64,000 nt of DNA from an uncultured delta proteobacterium (GCA_963785235.1 CAWAUM010000011.1:224001-288000), one strand, 5' to 3'. Positions 1 to 10,769 are shown, counted from the first letter of the stretch. Notes: a model not told the origin generated them from the letters alone. Numbers and translations: made by a program.

Positions 1-53
1 TACGTTAATGGTGTTTTCTGTGAGACGGTAGTTGTGCTATAGACTTAGACGCT

Positions 54-275
54 ATGATCTGGGTGATACTCTATATTCCAATTGCCATTTATATGAGCTA
101 TTCGTATGCCTCACGCCTTGAGCCCATTTCATGGGTAATTGTCTTTGGCGTTATCCTGGGGTTTTGTCTTGTAGAGTGTATGATGGTTAGAAAAGACCTT
201 TCCCGTTCGAAGACAGCCCTGATGATCATGTGTCTCACCCTGGTATCGCTTCTTGGGGGAATGATATTTCGTTAA
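54..275 (+). CDS. Small hypothetical membrane protein
   Basis: 73-aa ORF with three hydrophobic stretches; no recognised family. Confidence 0.45.
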   Translation: MIWVILYIPIAIYMSYSYASRLEPISWVIVFGVILGFCLVECMMVRKDLSRSKTALMIMCLTLVSLLGGMIFR

Positions 276-322
276 GGGAACTAACCTGGATTCGGCGTTT
301 TAGAAGCGAAAAAAAGGTTTAA

Positions 323-620
323 TCACATGTCTTCGGAGTAGGTATAGTCATAAACCTTGGACACTCTGATCCCCTGGATGGAGAAGAAGAACTCGTCACC
401 TTTTTCTACGCCGCTTACTTCCGCAACTCCCGACTCCTGGGCCTGGAAGATTTTGGTGTTTCCGAAATCGAAAATGGGTAAGGCCTTGCTTGTATAGGTC
501 CAGATAGTGCCATCATCAGAGATGGTTGAAATGATATACTCACCCTGCTTCAACCATTTCTTTATACCCTGGAATTCGAATCTTGTATTGTCCCTATACA
601 TGGTGGCCTTCTCTCTTCAT
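323..620 (-). CDS. Hypothetical protein (~98 aa, probable 1-nt indel near the start)
   Basis: ORF 323..601. An ATG at 620 follows AAAGGAA and joins the ORF (MKREATMYRD...) if one base is removed near 606. Confidence 0.5.
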
Positions 621-676
621 AGCTGATTCCTTTCTAATAGTACTTATCGGAAGCGAAGAGAGAAGGCTTAAGGCTT

Positions 677-2269
677 TTACTTGAGGCGCCTCACCTTTTT
701 TGAATCTTTGTAGAGTTTGTAGTCCATACTGTCTACCAGGGCCATCCATGAGGCCTCAAGTATGTTGCTTGATACCCCTACGGTATACCAATGGTCCTTC
801 TTATCGCCTGACTCGATGAGAACCCTGACCACTGACTCGGTGCCGGTCCTGGATGAGATCACCCGGACTTTATAGTCCAGAAGCTCGACTTCTTCGATGC
901 CAGGGTAAAACTTCTGCAGGGCCTTCCTGAGTGCTTTGTCCAGCGCATTGACCGGTCCGTTACCCAGTGCGGCAGTATGCTCGATATTACCATCCACCTC
1001 GATCATGATGGTGGCCTCGGACATGGGATCGGTGTCATCGCTTCTGCGTTCCGTATTCACCCGGAATCCCTTGAGCTTGAAGGAGCGCATGTGTTCACCC
1101 AGGGACTTCTTCATAAGGAGCTCTAAAGAGGCGTCAGCGCCTTCAAACTGAAAACCGCAATCCTCAAGGTCTTTTATGATCTTCACGATATCGTTGGCAG
1201 CCGTATCATCCTTGGATAAGTCAATGTTCAGCTCACGTGCCTTATAGAGGATATTGCTCTTTCCGGACTGTTCGGAAACAAGGACCTTGCGATGATTCCC
1301 CACAAGCTCTGGTGAAATGTGCTCATAGGTTGTGGGATCATCGATTACGGCACTCACATGGATACCGCCTTTATGGGCAAAGGCGGATTCGCCCACATAG
1401 GGCTGGTGTTTGTTGTGGGATAGGTTGGCAATGTCGTCAAAGAACCGCGAAAGGTCACTGAGCAGCATCATTTTGGAGGTAGGTATGGTTTCATAGCCGA
1501 GCTTGATGCTCAAGTTGGGGATGATGGAGCACAGGTTTGCATTCCCGCACCTCTCCCCAATACCGTTTATCGTACCATGGACGTGGTCAATGCCTGCCTG
1601 TACGGCGCAGATGGTATTTGCAACGGCAAGATCGCTGTCATTGTGGCAATGGATGCCCATCGGGGTGCCCAGCTCGCCCTTCAGGAAGCCGATGATGCCA
1701 AGCACCTCAGAGGGTAGTGTGCCGCCGTTGGTGTCGCACAGGATGATCCTGTCAACCCCGCCTGCAATGGCAGCCTTCAAGGTTGATAAGGCATATTCCC
1801 TGTTTGCCTTAAATCCATCAAAGAAGTGCTCTGCATCGAAAAATACCGAACTGAAAGAACCCTTCAGATAAGCCACGGTATCGCGGATCATCCGTATGTT
1901 TTCATCCAGAGAGCACCCGATGCCGCCGGCTCCCTTGACATGGGTGTCCCATGATTTTCCGAAAATGGTCACCCCGTCAGGTTTCGCATTAATGAGGTGC
2001 CTTATCATTCTGTCGTTTTCCGGGAGTTTGCCGGGTTTGCAGGTACTGCCGAAGGCCATGATCTTCGAATGGGTGATTGCGAGCGACTTGATCTTGCCAA
2101 ACAGGCGATCATCTTTGGGATTGGCCCCTGGCCAGCCGGCCTCGATGTAGTCCAGTCCAAGCTGGTCAAGTTTTACGATGATGGCGCATTTGTCATCCAG
2201 CGAGAGGCTTATATCTTCTGACTGGGCTCCATCTCGCAGCGTGGTGTCATAGATCTCGATCTTGCTCAA
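677..2269 (-). CDS. cimA: Citramalate synthase (LeuA/CimA family)
   Basis: DTTLRDGAQ, DAEHFFDG, HCHND, GERCGNA and AFAHKGGIH motifs; C-terminal regulatory domain (GNGPVNALD); lies downstream of aspartate kinase. Confidence 0.9.
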   Translation of the reverse strand: MSKIEIYDTTLRDGAQSEDISLSLDDKCAIIVKLDQLGLDYIEAGWPGANPKDDRLFGKIKSLAITHSKIMAFGSTCKPGKLPENDRMIRHLINAKPDGVTIFGKSWDTHVKGAGGIGCSLDENIRMIRDTVAYLKGSFSSVFFDAEHFFDGFKANREYALSTLKAAIAGGVDRIILCDTNGGTLPSEVLGIIGFLKGELGTPMGIHCHNDSDLAVANTICAVQAGIDHVHGTINGIGERCGNANLCSIIPNLSIKLGYETIPTSKMMLLSDLSRFFDDIANLSHNKHQPYVGESAFAHKGGIHVSAVIDDPTTYEHISPELVGNHRKVLVSEQSGKSNILYKARELNIDLSKDDTAANDIVKIIKDLEDCGFQFEGADASLELLMKKSLGEHMRSFKLKGFRVNTERRSDDTDPMSEATIMIEVDGNIEHTAALGNGPVNALDKALRKALQKFYPGIEEVELLDYKVRVISSRTGTESVVRVLIESGDKKDHWYTVGVSSNILEASWMALVDSMDYKLYKDSKKVRRLK

Positions 2270-3498
2270 AGGGCGCTCCTGGGCTTGTCGAGCTCAAAGG
2301 CCTCGTGAAGAACGCGTACGCCGAGCTCGATGAATTTCTCATCAATAACGCAGGAGACCTTGATCTCGGATGTGGAGATCATCTGGATGTTGATCCCCAC
2401 ATCGGACAGCGCCTTGAACATCTTGGAAGCGACACCTGCATGGGATCTCATGCCTACGCCTACAATGGACAGCTTGGCGATGGAAGGGTCACCCGCAACA
2501 TCACGGACCCCGATCTCGTCGGCCAATTTTCTGACGATCCCAAGGGCCTTGTCAAAGTCGGTCTTGGTGACCGTGAAGCTCATATCTGCAAGCTTTCCGT
2601 CAGCCGAGACGTTCTGGATGATCATATCCACATTGATGTCCTTTTCCGACAGGGGGGAGAAGATCTTTGCCGCTACACCGGGTTTATCCTGAACGCCCAG
2701 GAGGGTAATCTTGGCCTCGTTCTTGTCATACGTAATGCCTGATACAACTTCTTTCTCCATCTCATCATCCTCCAGGGTGGTAAGGGTCCCTCCATCATCC
2801 GAGAAGGTGCTTTTCACCAGTATGGGAATATTGTATTTCTTGGCGAATTCCACTGAACGGGTCTGAAGGACCTTGGCGCCCAACGATGCCATCTCGAGCA
2901 TCTCGTCATAGGATATCTTATCGAGCCGCCTCGCCTTGTCGCATATGTTGGGGTCGCAGGTGTATACCCCATCCACATCGGTGTAGATCTCGCAAAGTTC
3001 TGCGCCCAGCACTGCGGCCAGTGCAACGGCCGACGTGTCTGAACCTCCTCTGCCGAGTGTTGTGATATCCCTGTTTTCCGTGATTCCCTGGAACCCGGCG
3101 ACAACCGCCACCTCTTTCGCCTCAAAGGCCTTTTTCAGGGCAGTTGCATCTATGTCGAGGATACGCGCCTTCATGAATGCATCATCGGTCTTGATTCCGA
3201 TCTGAAAACCTAAGAGCGAGCGAGCAGGAATTCCCAAGTCCTTGAGTGCCATGGCTAAGAGGCCGGTGGTCACCTGTTCACCTGTGGAAACGATGACATC
3301 CATTTCCCTGGGGTCAGGTGAAGGGGAAAGCTCCTTAGCGAGCTTGATGAGCTTGTCCGTCTCTCCTGACATGGCGGAAACAACCACTACTACATCGTTG
3401 CCTTCACGATACCTCTTGGCAACCTTGCCTGCAACGAATTTAATCTTTTCCAGAGAGCCGACGGAGGTTCCGCCATACTTCTGAACAATTATACCCAT
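2266..3498 (-). CDS. lysC: Aspartate kinase
   Basis: VQKYGGTSV, TTLGRGGSDTSA and YTDVDGVY motifs; two C-terminal ACT domains. Confidence 0.97.
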   Translation of the reverse strand: MGIIVQKYGGTSVGSLEKIKFVAGKVAKRYREGNDVVVVVSAMSGETDKLIKLAKELSPSPDPREMDVIVSTGEQVTTGLLAMALKDLGIPARSLLGFQIGIKTDDAFMKARILDIDATALKKAFEAKEVAVVAGFQGITENRDITTLGRGGSDTSAVALAAVLGAELCEIYTDVDGVYTCDPNICDKARRLDKISYDEMLEMASLGAKVLQTRSVEFAKKYNIPILVKSTFSDDGGTLTTLEDDEMEKEVVSGITYDKNEAKITLLGVQDKPGVAAKIFSPLSEKDINVDMIIQNVSADGKLADMSFTVTKTDFDKALGIVRKLADEIGVRDVAGDPSIAKLSIVGVGMRSHAGVASKMFKALSDVGINIQMISTSEIKVSCVIDEKFIELGVRVLHEAFELDKPRSAL

Positions 3499-3499
3499 A

Positions 3500-3997
3500 T
3501 CAATTCACCCATCGTTGTGTACATCCAGTGTCCTGTTGGATGACTCGGTAAAGGTCACTTATGATCCACGGGAGATCATGTGTTGAGATAGTGATCTCCC
3601 TTTTATTCTCACCCGCATGATCGATGGTGATATCAACGGTTGTGCCCTGAAAAAAGCCGCAAGCACGCTCAGCCCACTCGACAATAATGACATGATCCGT
3701 GTCCATGAAGTCTTCAAGCCCGAGATTTCCTATCTCTTCAGAGTCTAGCCTATAAAGATCTACATGGATTATGTCAAGCCTTGCATTGTACAGGTTCACC
3801 AGGGTGAAGCTCGGACTGACCACTGTCGTGGTCGTTTCGGGATCCATGCCTTTGACAATGCCCTTGGTGAGCAGCGTCTTGCCTGCGCCTAACTCGCCAT
3901 TGAGAAGGAGGATCTCTCCGCCTGTGAGCCTTGAGCCTATAAGTGCCCCGAGTGAAAAAGTTTCTTCAGGAGAGTTGGAGATGAAGTCGTGTCTCAT
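3500..3997 (-). CDS. tsaE: tRNA threonylcarbamoyladenosine biosynthesis ATPase
   Basis: GELGAGKT, SPSFTL, HVDLYRL and VEWAE motifs. Confidence 0.95.
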   Translation of the reverse strand: MRHDFISNSPEETFSLGALIGSRLTGGEILLLNGELGAGKTLLTKGIVKGMDPETTTTVVSPSFTLVNLYNARLDIIHVDLYRLDSEEIGNLGLEDFMDTDHVIIVEWAERACGFFQGTTVDITIDHAGENKREITISTHDLPWIISDLYRVIQQDTGCTQRWVN

Positions 3998-4371
3998 ATG
4001 CCCTCTAGAATCACAACTGCTACGGCGCAGCCCTTGTCATGAGATATGCTCACATGGAGTTTCACCACGCCTAAGCTCTGTGAGAGTTCATGGGCCTTAC
4101 CGGTCAATGTCAGATGAGGTGCTCCATCGTGCATGTCTACTGTGATGTCCTTAAAGGGGACGCCGGAGGATCTTCCGGCAGAAAGCGCCTTATAGGCAGC
4201 CTCTTTTACGGCAAACCTCCCGGCAAGGCATGTGGCGGAATCATATCTCTTCATGCAGTAGGTTATTTCGTCTGAGGAAAAGATCCGCTCAAGGAAACGC
4301 CTGCCATACTTTTGTAATAGGGTGTTGATGCGAGTGATATCGACGATGTCAGTACCAAGGCCAATGACCAT
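3994..4371 (-). CDS. acpS: Holo-[acyl-carrier-protein] synthase
   Basis: GLGTDIV, AGRFAVKEA and HVSISHD motifs. Confidence 0.95.
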   Translation of the reverse strand: MVIGLGTDIVDITRINTLLQKYGRRFLERIFSSDEITYCMKRYDSATCLAGRFAVKEAAYKALSAGRSSGVPFKDITVDMHDGAPHLTLTGKAHELSQSLGVVKLHVSISHDKGCAVAVVILEGI

Positions 4372-5590
4372 TTACGCCCCCATGATGGCCCGGATAACCG
4401 AACGCACCCTGTGTGCATGCATACAGTTATGGACGCGCACCAGATCCACGCCATCTAGGGCAGCCCAGGCGGTTATTGCGTCTGTACCTTCTTCGCGTTG
4501 ATCAATAGCGCAATCAAGGATTGTGCCGATAAAGGATTTTTTCGAGTGACCTGCCATAATGGGCACGTGAAGCGACTTGAACTCGGATATATGGCGCATG
4601 ATGGAGAGGTTTCCCTGAAGGTCTTTGCCGAAACCAAGCCCCGGGTCTGCGATGATGGACTCAGGAGAGATCCCTGCAGCAAGGCATGCCTCGATGCGCT
4701 CGTCCAGGAAGGTGTATATATCGCCGATAATGTCTTTATAGATCGTATCGTCCTGCATGGTCTTGGGCGTACCCCGCATGTGCATCAGGATAACCCCGCA
4801 TCCGCTTTCCCGGGCGAGGTTCATCATGTCAGGGTCACTTCTGAGCGCACTGATATCATTGATAATGGTGGCGCCTTCATGAAGGGCTGCTCCGGGCCAC
4901 TGCGGCCTTGGTTGTATCGATGCTGATGGGGATGGTAAGAGCCCTGGCCAGTTCTTTGATAATGGGGGCTATTCTTGAGGTTTCCTCAATTGCATCAACG
5001 CTCAGAGATCCCGGCCTTGATGATTCACCTCCAACATCGATAATTTCGGCGCCCTGCCTTACCATCTCCAGGGCATGTTGGAGTGCTGTGTCAGGGTCAA
5101 GGTATTTCCCTCCATCGGAAAAGGAATCAGGTGTCACATTCAGGATTCCCATGATGACCGGTAATTCCATCCACTTCAGGTTTTTCCCGCAGAGGTTGAG
5201 CTCTAGGGGTCCATTTTCAGAGAATACCTGTTCACGGATGCTCTGAGCCAGAGGTTCCAGGCCCGTCTGAAGCATGAGCTTGTCTGTCAGGAGTCTGAAG
5301 TGCCGGAGGTCACCCATTATCACGCAGTCCGAGGTTTCAACCTTTCCTGAAACCACATGCCTATGGACTGCCACATCGCCGCCGATGGACAGCATGCTCT
5401 GCTTGATGATATTGGCTGCGTAGAGCTTTACCCCCTTTACCAGGAGGTTTACATGATTGAGCTTAGGAACCAGATAGGCCAGTGAGGCCGGATCGACGCC
5501 GCAGGAGAGTAGAACGCCCTCGTCTGCATCAAAGATCCGCCTAGCTTGCGGCAGCCCCTTCCTGGACGATCCTGTCGATCTCTGCGCCAT
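4372..5590 (-). CDS. folP: Dihydropteroate synthase with N-terminal extension (split by a frameshift near 4890)
   Basis: MGILNVTPDSFSDGG and DVGGESSRPG in 4877..5590; LMHMRG, DPGLGFGK and VRVH in 4372..4827. Removing one base joins the two frames. Confidence 0.9.
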
Positions 5591-7359
5591 CGATGACCTC
5601 TTTTTCCAGCAGGGTCTGGGCTATCTTGTGGAGGATGTCGAGGTTGTCCTCAACAATACCCCTCGTCTTGTTATAGCAGTCCATAACGATCGTCTTCACC
5701 TCGTCGTCGATCTTCTGGGCAGTCAGTTCACTGTAGTCAACCCGCTTGGAGATCTCTCTACCTAAAAAGATCTCCTGTTCTACCTTGCCGAAGCTCAAGG
5801 GCCCCAGCGAGCTCATGCCCCATTCCGTGACCATATGCCTGGCCATGTCGGTGGCCCGCTCGATATCATTTCCTGCGCCGGTAGTAAGAATGCCTAAGAC
5901 CAGCTCTTCGGAAGCCCTTCCGCCCATGAGAACGGAGATGGTGGCAAGCAGAAACTCCTTGCTGTAGGTGTGCCTGTCATCGATGGGGAGCTGCTGGGTA
6001 ATGCCCATGGCGCGTCCCCTGGGGATGATGCTTACCTTGTAGACAGGGTCTGCATTCGGCAAGCTTCTTGGCCACCAGGGCATGGCCGGCCTCATGGTAT
6101 GCGGTGGTCTTCTTCTCCTCATCCGAGATCACCATGCTCTTGCGCTCCACACCCATAAGGACCTTGTCCTTGGCCTGCTCCATGTCTTCCATCATTACCT
6201 TTGTCCGTGTTTTACGGGCGGCAAGAAGCGCAGACTCATTTACGAGATTGGACAGGTCAGCCCCTGAAAAACCGGGTGTGGCCTTGGCAAGTATTGCCAG
6301 ATTGACATCATCGGCCATAGGGATATTGCGGGTATGTACCTTGAGGATGCCCTCTCTGCCTTTTACATCAGGGAATGCCACTATTACCTGGCGGTCGAAC
6401 CTGCCCGGACGGAGAAGGGCCGGGTCCAGGACGTCCGGTCGATTTGTCGCTGCCATGAGGATGACGCCCTCGTTGGATTCGAAGCCATCCATCTCAACCA
6501 GGAGCTGGTTCAGGGTCTGTTCGCGCTCGTCATGGCCGCCGCCGAGGCCGGCCCCCCTGTGCCTGCCCACGGCATCGATCTCATCAATAAAGATAATGCA
6601 TGGGGCATGCTGTTTGCCCTGGGCAAAGAGGTCCCGCACACGTGATGCGCCCACACCTACGAACATCTCCACGAAGTCGGAGCCGGACATGCTGAAGAAG
6701 GGAACGCCAGCCTCACCCGCAACTGCCTTTGCAAGGAGGGTCTTTCCTGTCCCCGGGGGGCCCAGGAGCAGCACCCCTTTTGGTATCCGGCCGCCCAGCG
6801 TGGTGAATCGCTTGGGTTCCTTGAGGAATTCTATGATCTCCTCCAACTCCTCCTTAGCCTCATCCACGCCTGCCACATCAGCAAAGGTGACCTTCATTTT
6901 ATCCTGGGTCATGAGCCTGGCCTTGCTCCTGCCAAAGCTCATGGCCTTGGTTCCGCCGGTTTGCATCTGCCTCATGAACAGGACCCAGACACCGATGAGC
7001 AGCAGCATTGGAATCCATGAGATGAGCGCAGAGAGGTACCAGGGAGATTCATCCTTTGGTTTGGCTATGATTGAGACATTCTTTGCCGTAAGACGCTCCA
7101 CAAGTTTTGGATCATCCGGGGTATAGCTGTCAAAGAGCTTTCCGTTTACCAGCGTCCCCTTGATCTCATTGCCCTGGATGGTGACTTCTTTTAATTCGCC
7201 TTTATCCAGGACCTTGAGAAATTCGCTGAAGGATAGGGTGGCGGTCTGTTTTGTGGGCTGATTGAAAAGGTGGAAGAGCATCACCCCGATAAGGGCGATG
7301 ACCACCCACAACGCCACGGTCTTAATCATGCTCGTATTTGAGTTCATGAGAGGACTCAC
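5541..7359 (-). CDS. ftsH: ATP-dependent zinc metalloprotease FtsH (split by a frameshift near 6060)
   Basis: Two TM segments, [23 protein letters not shown] and HEAGH; peptidase M41 tail ([17 protein letters not shown]) lies in the second frame. Confidence 0.95.
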
Positions 7360-8009
7360 TGTTTTGCGTTCGGCGTAGTTGATGGTGAGGAACCAAGAGA
7401 GGCCAGCAAGGTTTTGGCCATCTCGGAATAGTTTTCAGAAACAGCGCTCAAACATTGTCTCGCCTCACTACCTTTTCCCATGGCAATCAATGCATTGGCC
7501 TTAAGGAACAGGGCCTGATCTTTAAGGTCTTTGGATGCGTTCTCAATGCAGGTATCCAGGATCGGTATGGCCTTGGCAGGCTCATTTTGCTGCAAGTATG
7601 CACCGGCTGTTATGAGGATAGCCTGCCAGTGGAATGTATCCTTGTCGGCCCATTTGTTAATGAACTCATCCGCATATGCCAGGGCCATTTTCTGGTTGCC
7701 TTGATCGAAAGACATTCTGGCCAGCCTCAATTTGGCGAGCTTGCCTGCCTTTGTATCGGAATACTCCTGGGCAACCTGGAGAGACATCTGGGGATTATTG
7801 GAAGCCTTCATGTATGCATTCATGCCGTTGAGTTCCCTACTGGTCTTCCAGTAGTAAACCCCATATCCTCCAGCCAGGATACAAACAAGGACAACCGCAC
7901 CGATGATGAATTGCTGCGGATGCTCTTTTATCCATACAAGTACGCTGTTTGTCGTGGTTATGAATTCATCTGGTGTATTGAGTATGTCTTTGCGTGTAAT
8001 TCGTGCCAT
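7356..8009 (-). CDS. Membrane-anchored TPR protein (YfgM-like)
   Basis: N-terminal TM helix followed by helical TPR-like repeats; overlaps the ftsH start. Confidence 0.7.
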   Translation of the reverse strand: MARITRKDILNTPDEFITTTNSVLVWIKEHPQQFIIGAVVLVCILAGGYGVYYWKTSRELNGMNAYMKASNNPQMSLQVAQEYSDTKAGKLAKLRLARMSFDQGNQKMALAYADEFINKWADKDTFHWQAILITAGAYLQQNEPAKAIPILDTCIENASKDLKDQALFLKANALIAMGKGSEARQCLSAVSENYSEMAKTLLASLGSSPSTTPNAKQ

Positions 8010-8035
8010 GTCTATTCAACCTCCGAGTAGATAGG

Positions 8036-8068
8036 AAGTATATAGTAACTCTAACAGGTGTATGTCAA
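8036..8068 (-). promoter_or_regulatory. Candidate sigma70 promoter of the TPR-ftsH-folP operon
   Basis: TTGACA (8063-8068, minus strand) followed by TACTATATACT; spacing to the best -10 is not ideal. Confidence 0.35.
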
Positions 8069-8092
8069 TTGTGTATTATCCGCAATAAAGAT

Positions 8093-8315
8093 AAACCCGG
8101 ATTTTTGCGTTTAAGATGCGTAAAACTTGATCCGCTCAAATCAGTGATCTTGCAGCCTCTGATGAGTTCGCATTTTCCCAGTCCTTCAGGGCTGCAAGAT
8201 CACTGATTTGAGCAAACCTATAAGAAACAATTTATCACCATGAGTCTTATGTGTAAGGCACTCATGGAGTGTTTCGTGTGTTTATGGGTACATTCAAATG
8301 CAAGATCTGTGTTCA
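8093..8315 (+). mobile_element. Hairpin-containing MITE-like repeat, copy A (longest)
   Basis: Ends AACCCGGATTTTTGC ... GCAAGATCTGTGTT. Perfect 24-bp inverted repeat at 8134-8157/8190-8213. CACCATGAGTCTTATG is identical to the reverse complement of 28177-28192. Confidence 0.7.
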
Positions 8316-8333
8316 ACGGTAAAATTAGGGGAT

Positions 8334-8366
8334 AAAAAAGCCCCTGCACTTATCGTGCAGGGGCTT
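8334..8366 (-). terminator. Rho-independent terminator of the pilMNOPQ operon
   Basis: AAGCCCCTGCAC-ttatc-GTGCAGGGGCTT stem, followed on the minus strand by a T run, about 40 nt after the pilQ stop. Confidence 0.85.
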
Positions 8367-8407
8367 GGATCGTTGTTATAATCCGGTGGTATTCTTAGTC
8401 CCAGTGA

Positions 8408-10243
8408 CTAATGCATGGCCACAGGCTCTAGGATCTGGGGTGTTATGAATATCAGGAGTTCCTTCTTGCTCTTTGAATTTGTTGTCCCCTTAAAGAGATA
8501 TCCGAGCACCGGTAGATCACCCAGAAATGGGACTTTTTGAATATTCTCTCGATCTTCTTCCTCGATGATGCCGCCGATGACGCTTGTTTCGCCGTTTTTC
8601 ACCAATACCTCTGTTACAGCTTCACGGGCTGCTATGGAAGGGTCACCCAGCGAATTGTTGATGGAGCCTAAAGAGTTTCTCTTTACATTAACCTCCATAT
8701 TCACGCTCCCGTCAAAGGCTATCCTCGGGGTTACCTCAAGGACGAGATCAATGTCCTTCAATTCGGTTGAAAGCTGGCCTTCTTGGTTTCTGACGATATA
8801 CGGATATTTTTCACCCTGACGGATTACCGCTTTCTTGTTGTCCATGGTGACGATCTTGGGCCTTGATAACACATTCACGTTTCCCGTGGTCTCGCCGATA
8901 TCGAGTCGCAGATCAAGAGCGACTGCAGTGCTGCCAAGACGTCCTACGGAAACGCCGAATCCCGCAGCCTGGTTGGTGGGGAAGTTCACCGCCATGGAAG
9001 GGTTGGGGACTGAAGTGGTGCTCCAGGTGTTACCGGAGCCGGGGAGTACGGTGGTGTTAAAGGGATTTACGGTTGGTCCGGTATTGACACCCGATAGGCC
9101 GAAAAGATATTTGCCTGACTGGTTTCTCGTTGAGCCCCCCCACTGAACGCCGAGACCCCTGGTGAAGTCGCTGTCTGCCTGGATTATCCTGGCTGAGATG
9201 AGCACCTGTGGTGTGGGCTTGTCAAGCCTTCTTACCATGGCGCTGATCTCATCGACACTCCTCTGGATATCTTTTACAATCAGGACGTTGGTTCTGTTTT
9301 CCGCAGTGATATTGCCCCGCTCGGACATGAGTCCTACCTCTTTGCCCTTGATCACGCTGGTGATTTCAGAAGCCTTTGCGAAGTTTACCGGGATGACCGA
9401 GGTGACAAGGGGCTCAAGCTGCTCCTTGGTTTTCTTTGAGGCCAGCTGTCGATCCTGAGCCTGTTTTATCTTGTCTGCAGGGGCAATGCGCACCACATTG
9501 CCCATAACCATCTTATCAAGGTCCTTGCTTTCCAGGACAACATCCAAGGCCTGGTCCCAGGGGACATCCTTGAGCCTTATGGTGATAGTCCCTTTGACCT
9601 CATCAGAGGTTACGATATTGAGTCCGCTCACGTCGGCGATGATCCTTATGATATTGTGGATATCCGCATTCTGGAAATCCAGGGTGATCTTTTCACCTAT
9701 ATACTTAGGGCCGGCATCCGTATTTATGATGTTGCTCTGGAACGGGGGTTCTTGGGACAGACCTTTGATATATGGTGTTTTGGATTCAGAGCTTTCCTGG
9801 TTCTGTATGGTAGCAGTCGTTGTGCCCAGCGCCACGGTCTTTAACGGCTGAACCTTATTCTTGATATCCTCTGGGATATCGAAGTCCATGATAAGGAGCT
9901 TGTTGTCCTGGGACACAAAGTAGGGGGTCATCTGCTTCATGGCAATATCAAAGACCACATCCTCTTTGTCCTGTCTGGGAAGGATCTCCTGAATGGCTGT
10001 TGCAAACTCGGAGGTGATATACGGCCGTGCAAGGCTGTTTGGTATTTTCGCCTTGTTCACCCTCAGCACGATGCTGTTGCCTTCACGGTTCACGTCGTAG
10101 GCAGCCTGTCCGTCAAGGCCGATCTGGAGCCTTGATTTGTTCTCCACATTCATGAAGTCCACACTCTTGATGGTCAATCCGAATGCGGTCAGCGGCATGG
10201 CCAGCAAGCCGATTATGAGTACTAGGATGGTATGTCTCTTCAT
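8408..10243 (-). CDS. pilQ: Type IV pilus secretin PilQ
   Basis: Signal peptide, AMIN-like domain, ITLDFQNADI/VPWDQALD, secretin domain (VPFLGDLPVLGYLF, ELLIFITPQI). Confidence 0.95.
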   Translation of the reverse strand: MKRHTILVLIIGLLAMPLTAFGLTIKSVDFMNVENKSRLQIGLDGQAAYDVNREGNSIVLRVNKAKIPNSLARPYITSEFATAIQEILPRQDKEDVVFDIAMKQMTPYFVSQDNKLLIMDFDIPEDIKNKVQPLKTVALGTTTATIQNQESSESKTPYIKGLSQEPPFQSNIINTDAGPKYIGEKITLDFQNADIHNIIRIIADVSGLNIVTSDEVKGTITIRLKDVPWDQALDVVLESKDLDKMVMGNVVRIAPADKIKQAQDRQLASKKTKEQLEPLVTSVIPVNFAKASEITSVIKGKEVGLMSERGNITAENRTNVLIVKDIQRSVDEISAMVRRLDKPTPQVLISARIIQADSDFTRGLGVQWGGSTRNQSGKYLFGLSGVNTGPTVNPFNTTVLPGSGNTWSTTSVPNPSMAVNFPTNQAAGFGVSVGRLGSTAVALDLRLDIGETTGNVNVLSRPKIVTMDNKKAVIRQGEKYPYIVRNQEGQLSTELKDIDLVLEVTPRIAFDGSVNMEVNVKRNSLGSINNSLGDPSIAAREAVTEVLVKNGETSVIGGIIEEEDRENIQKVPFLGDLPVLGYLFKGTTNSKSKKELLIFITPQILEPVAMH

Positions 10244-10244
10244 G

Positions 10245-10769
10245 CTACTTTACCCCCTCTTCCTTCTTGAGAGCCAATACAACTTCTCGGGTGGTTATGC
10301 GACCCATGTAGTCTTTGAAGTGTTGTTTGATGGTAACGCCGTCTTTTGCAACCCTGGTGACAATTCCATTATTATCACCGATAAGTGTGCCTTCGGTGAT
10401 AATGTATCCCATTCCTGATGAATCCTGGATAAGGGCACGGTTCTGTTTGGAGAGGATAACTCCAACGACATAGACCTGTGAAATGGAGAGCCTCTGGAGC
10501 GCATCCGGACCCTTATCGCTACCCTGGCCTATCTCACCTGGGTTGATACCCGCGAAGGGCTGGAAAGGGTCGCGAATGCCTATTATTTGGTATTCCGGTT
10601 TTTTCTCTTCCTCCTGGACAAGCACCGGTGTAACCACTTCAGCCTTTTTCTGGGTTGCGGGATGCGGGGGCTGACCTGTTGTACCTGTTGACGGCTGCTT
10701 GCAACCTGGCAAGGCGAAGAGCACTCCGGTCAAAAGCACGATCAGGAAGGAGTAGATAATTCTTTTCAT
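10245..10769 (-). CDS. pilP: Type IV pilus lipoprotein PilP
   Basis: Lipobox-like LPGC, RDPFQPF motif; lies between pilO and pilQ. Confidence 0.88.
   Translation of the reverse strand: MKRIIYSFLIVLLTGVLFALPGCKQPSTGTTGQPPHPATQKKAEVVTPVLVQEEEKKPEYQIIGIRDPFQPFAGINPGEIGQGSDKGPDALQRLSISQVYVVGVILSKQNRALIQDSSGMGYIITEGTLIGDNNGIVTRVAKDGVTIKQHFKDYMGRITTREVVLALKKEEGVK

Noticed and set aside
6068-7126. 352-aa plus-strand ORF and many similar long ORFs opposite known genes (e.g. 42396..43142, 24972..25694, 27152..27862)
   Set aside because: Antisense shadows of conserved genes with no recognisable motifs.
5541-7359. ftsH, holA, yidC and other split genes as true pseudogenes or programmed frameshifts
   Set aside because: Normally essential genes, motifs intact on both sides, and no shared slippery sequence; consensus error is more parsimonious.
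8158-8190. CTGATGAG hammerhead-like core (also near 15826 and 17438)
   Set aside because: No correctly placed stem II followed by CGAAA and no flanking stems.
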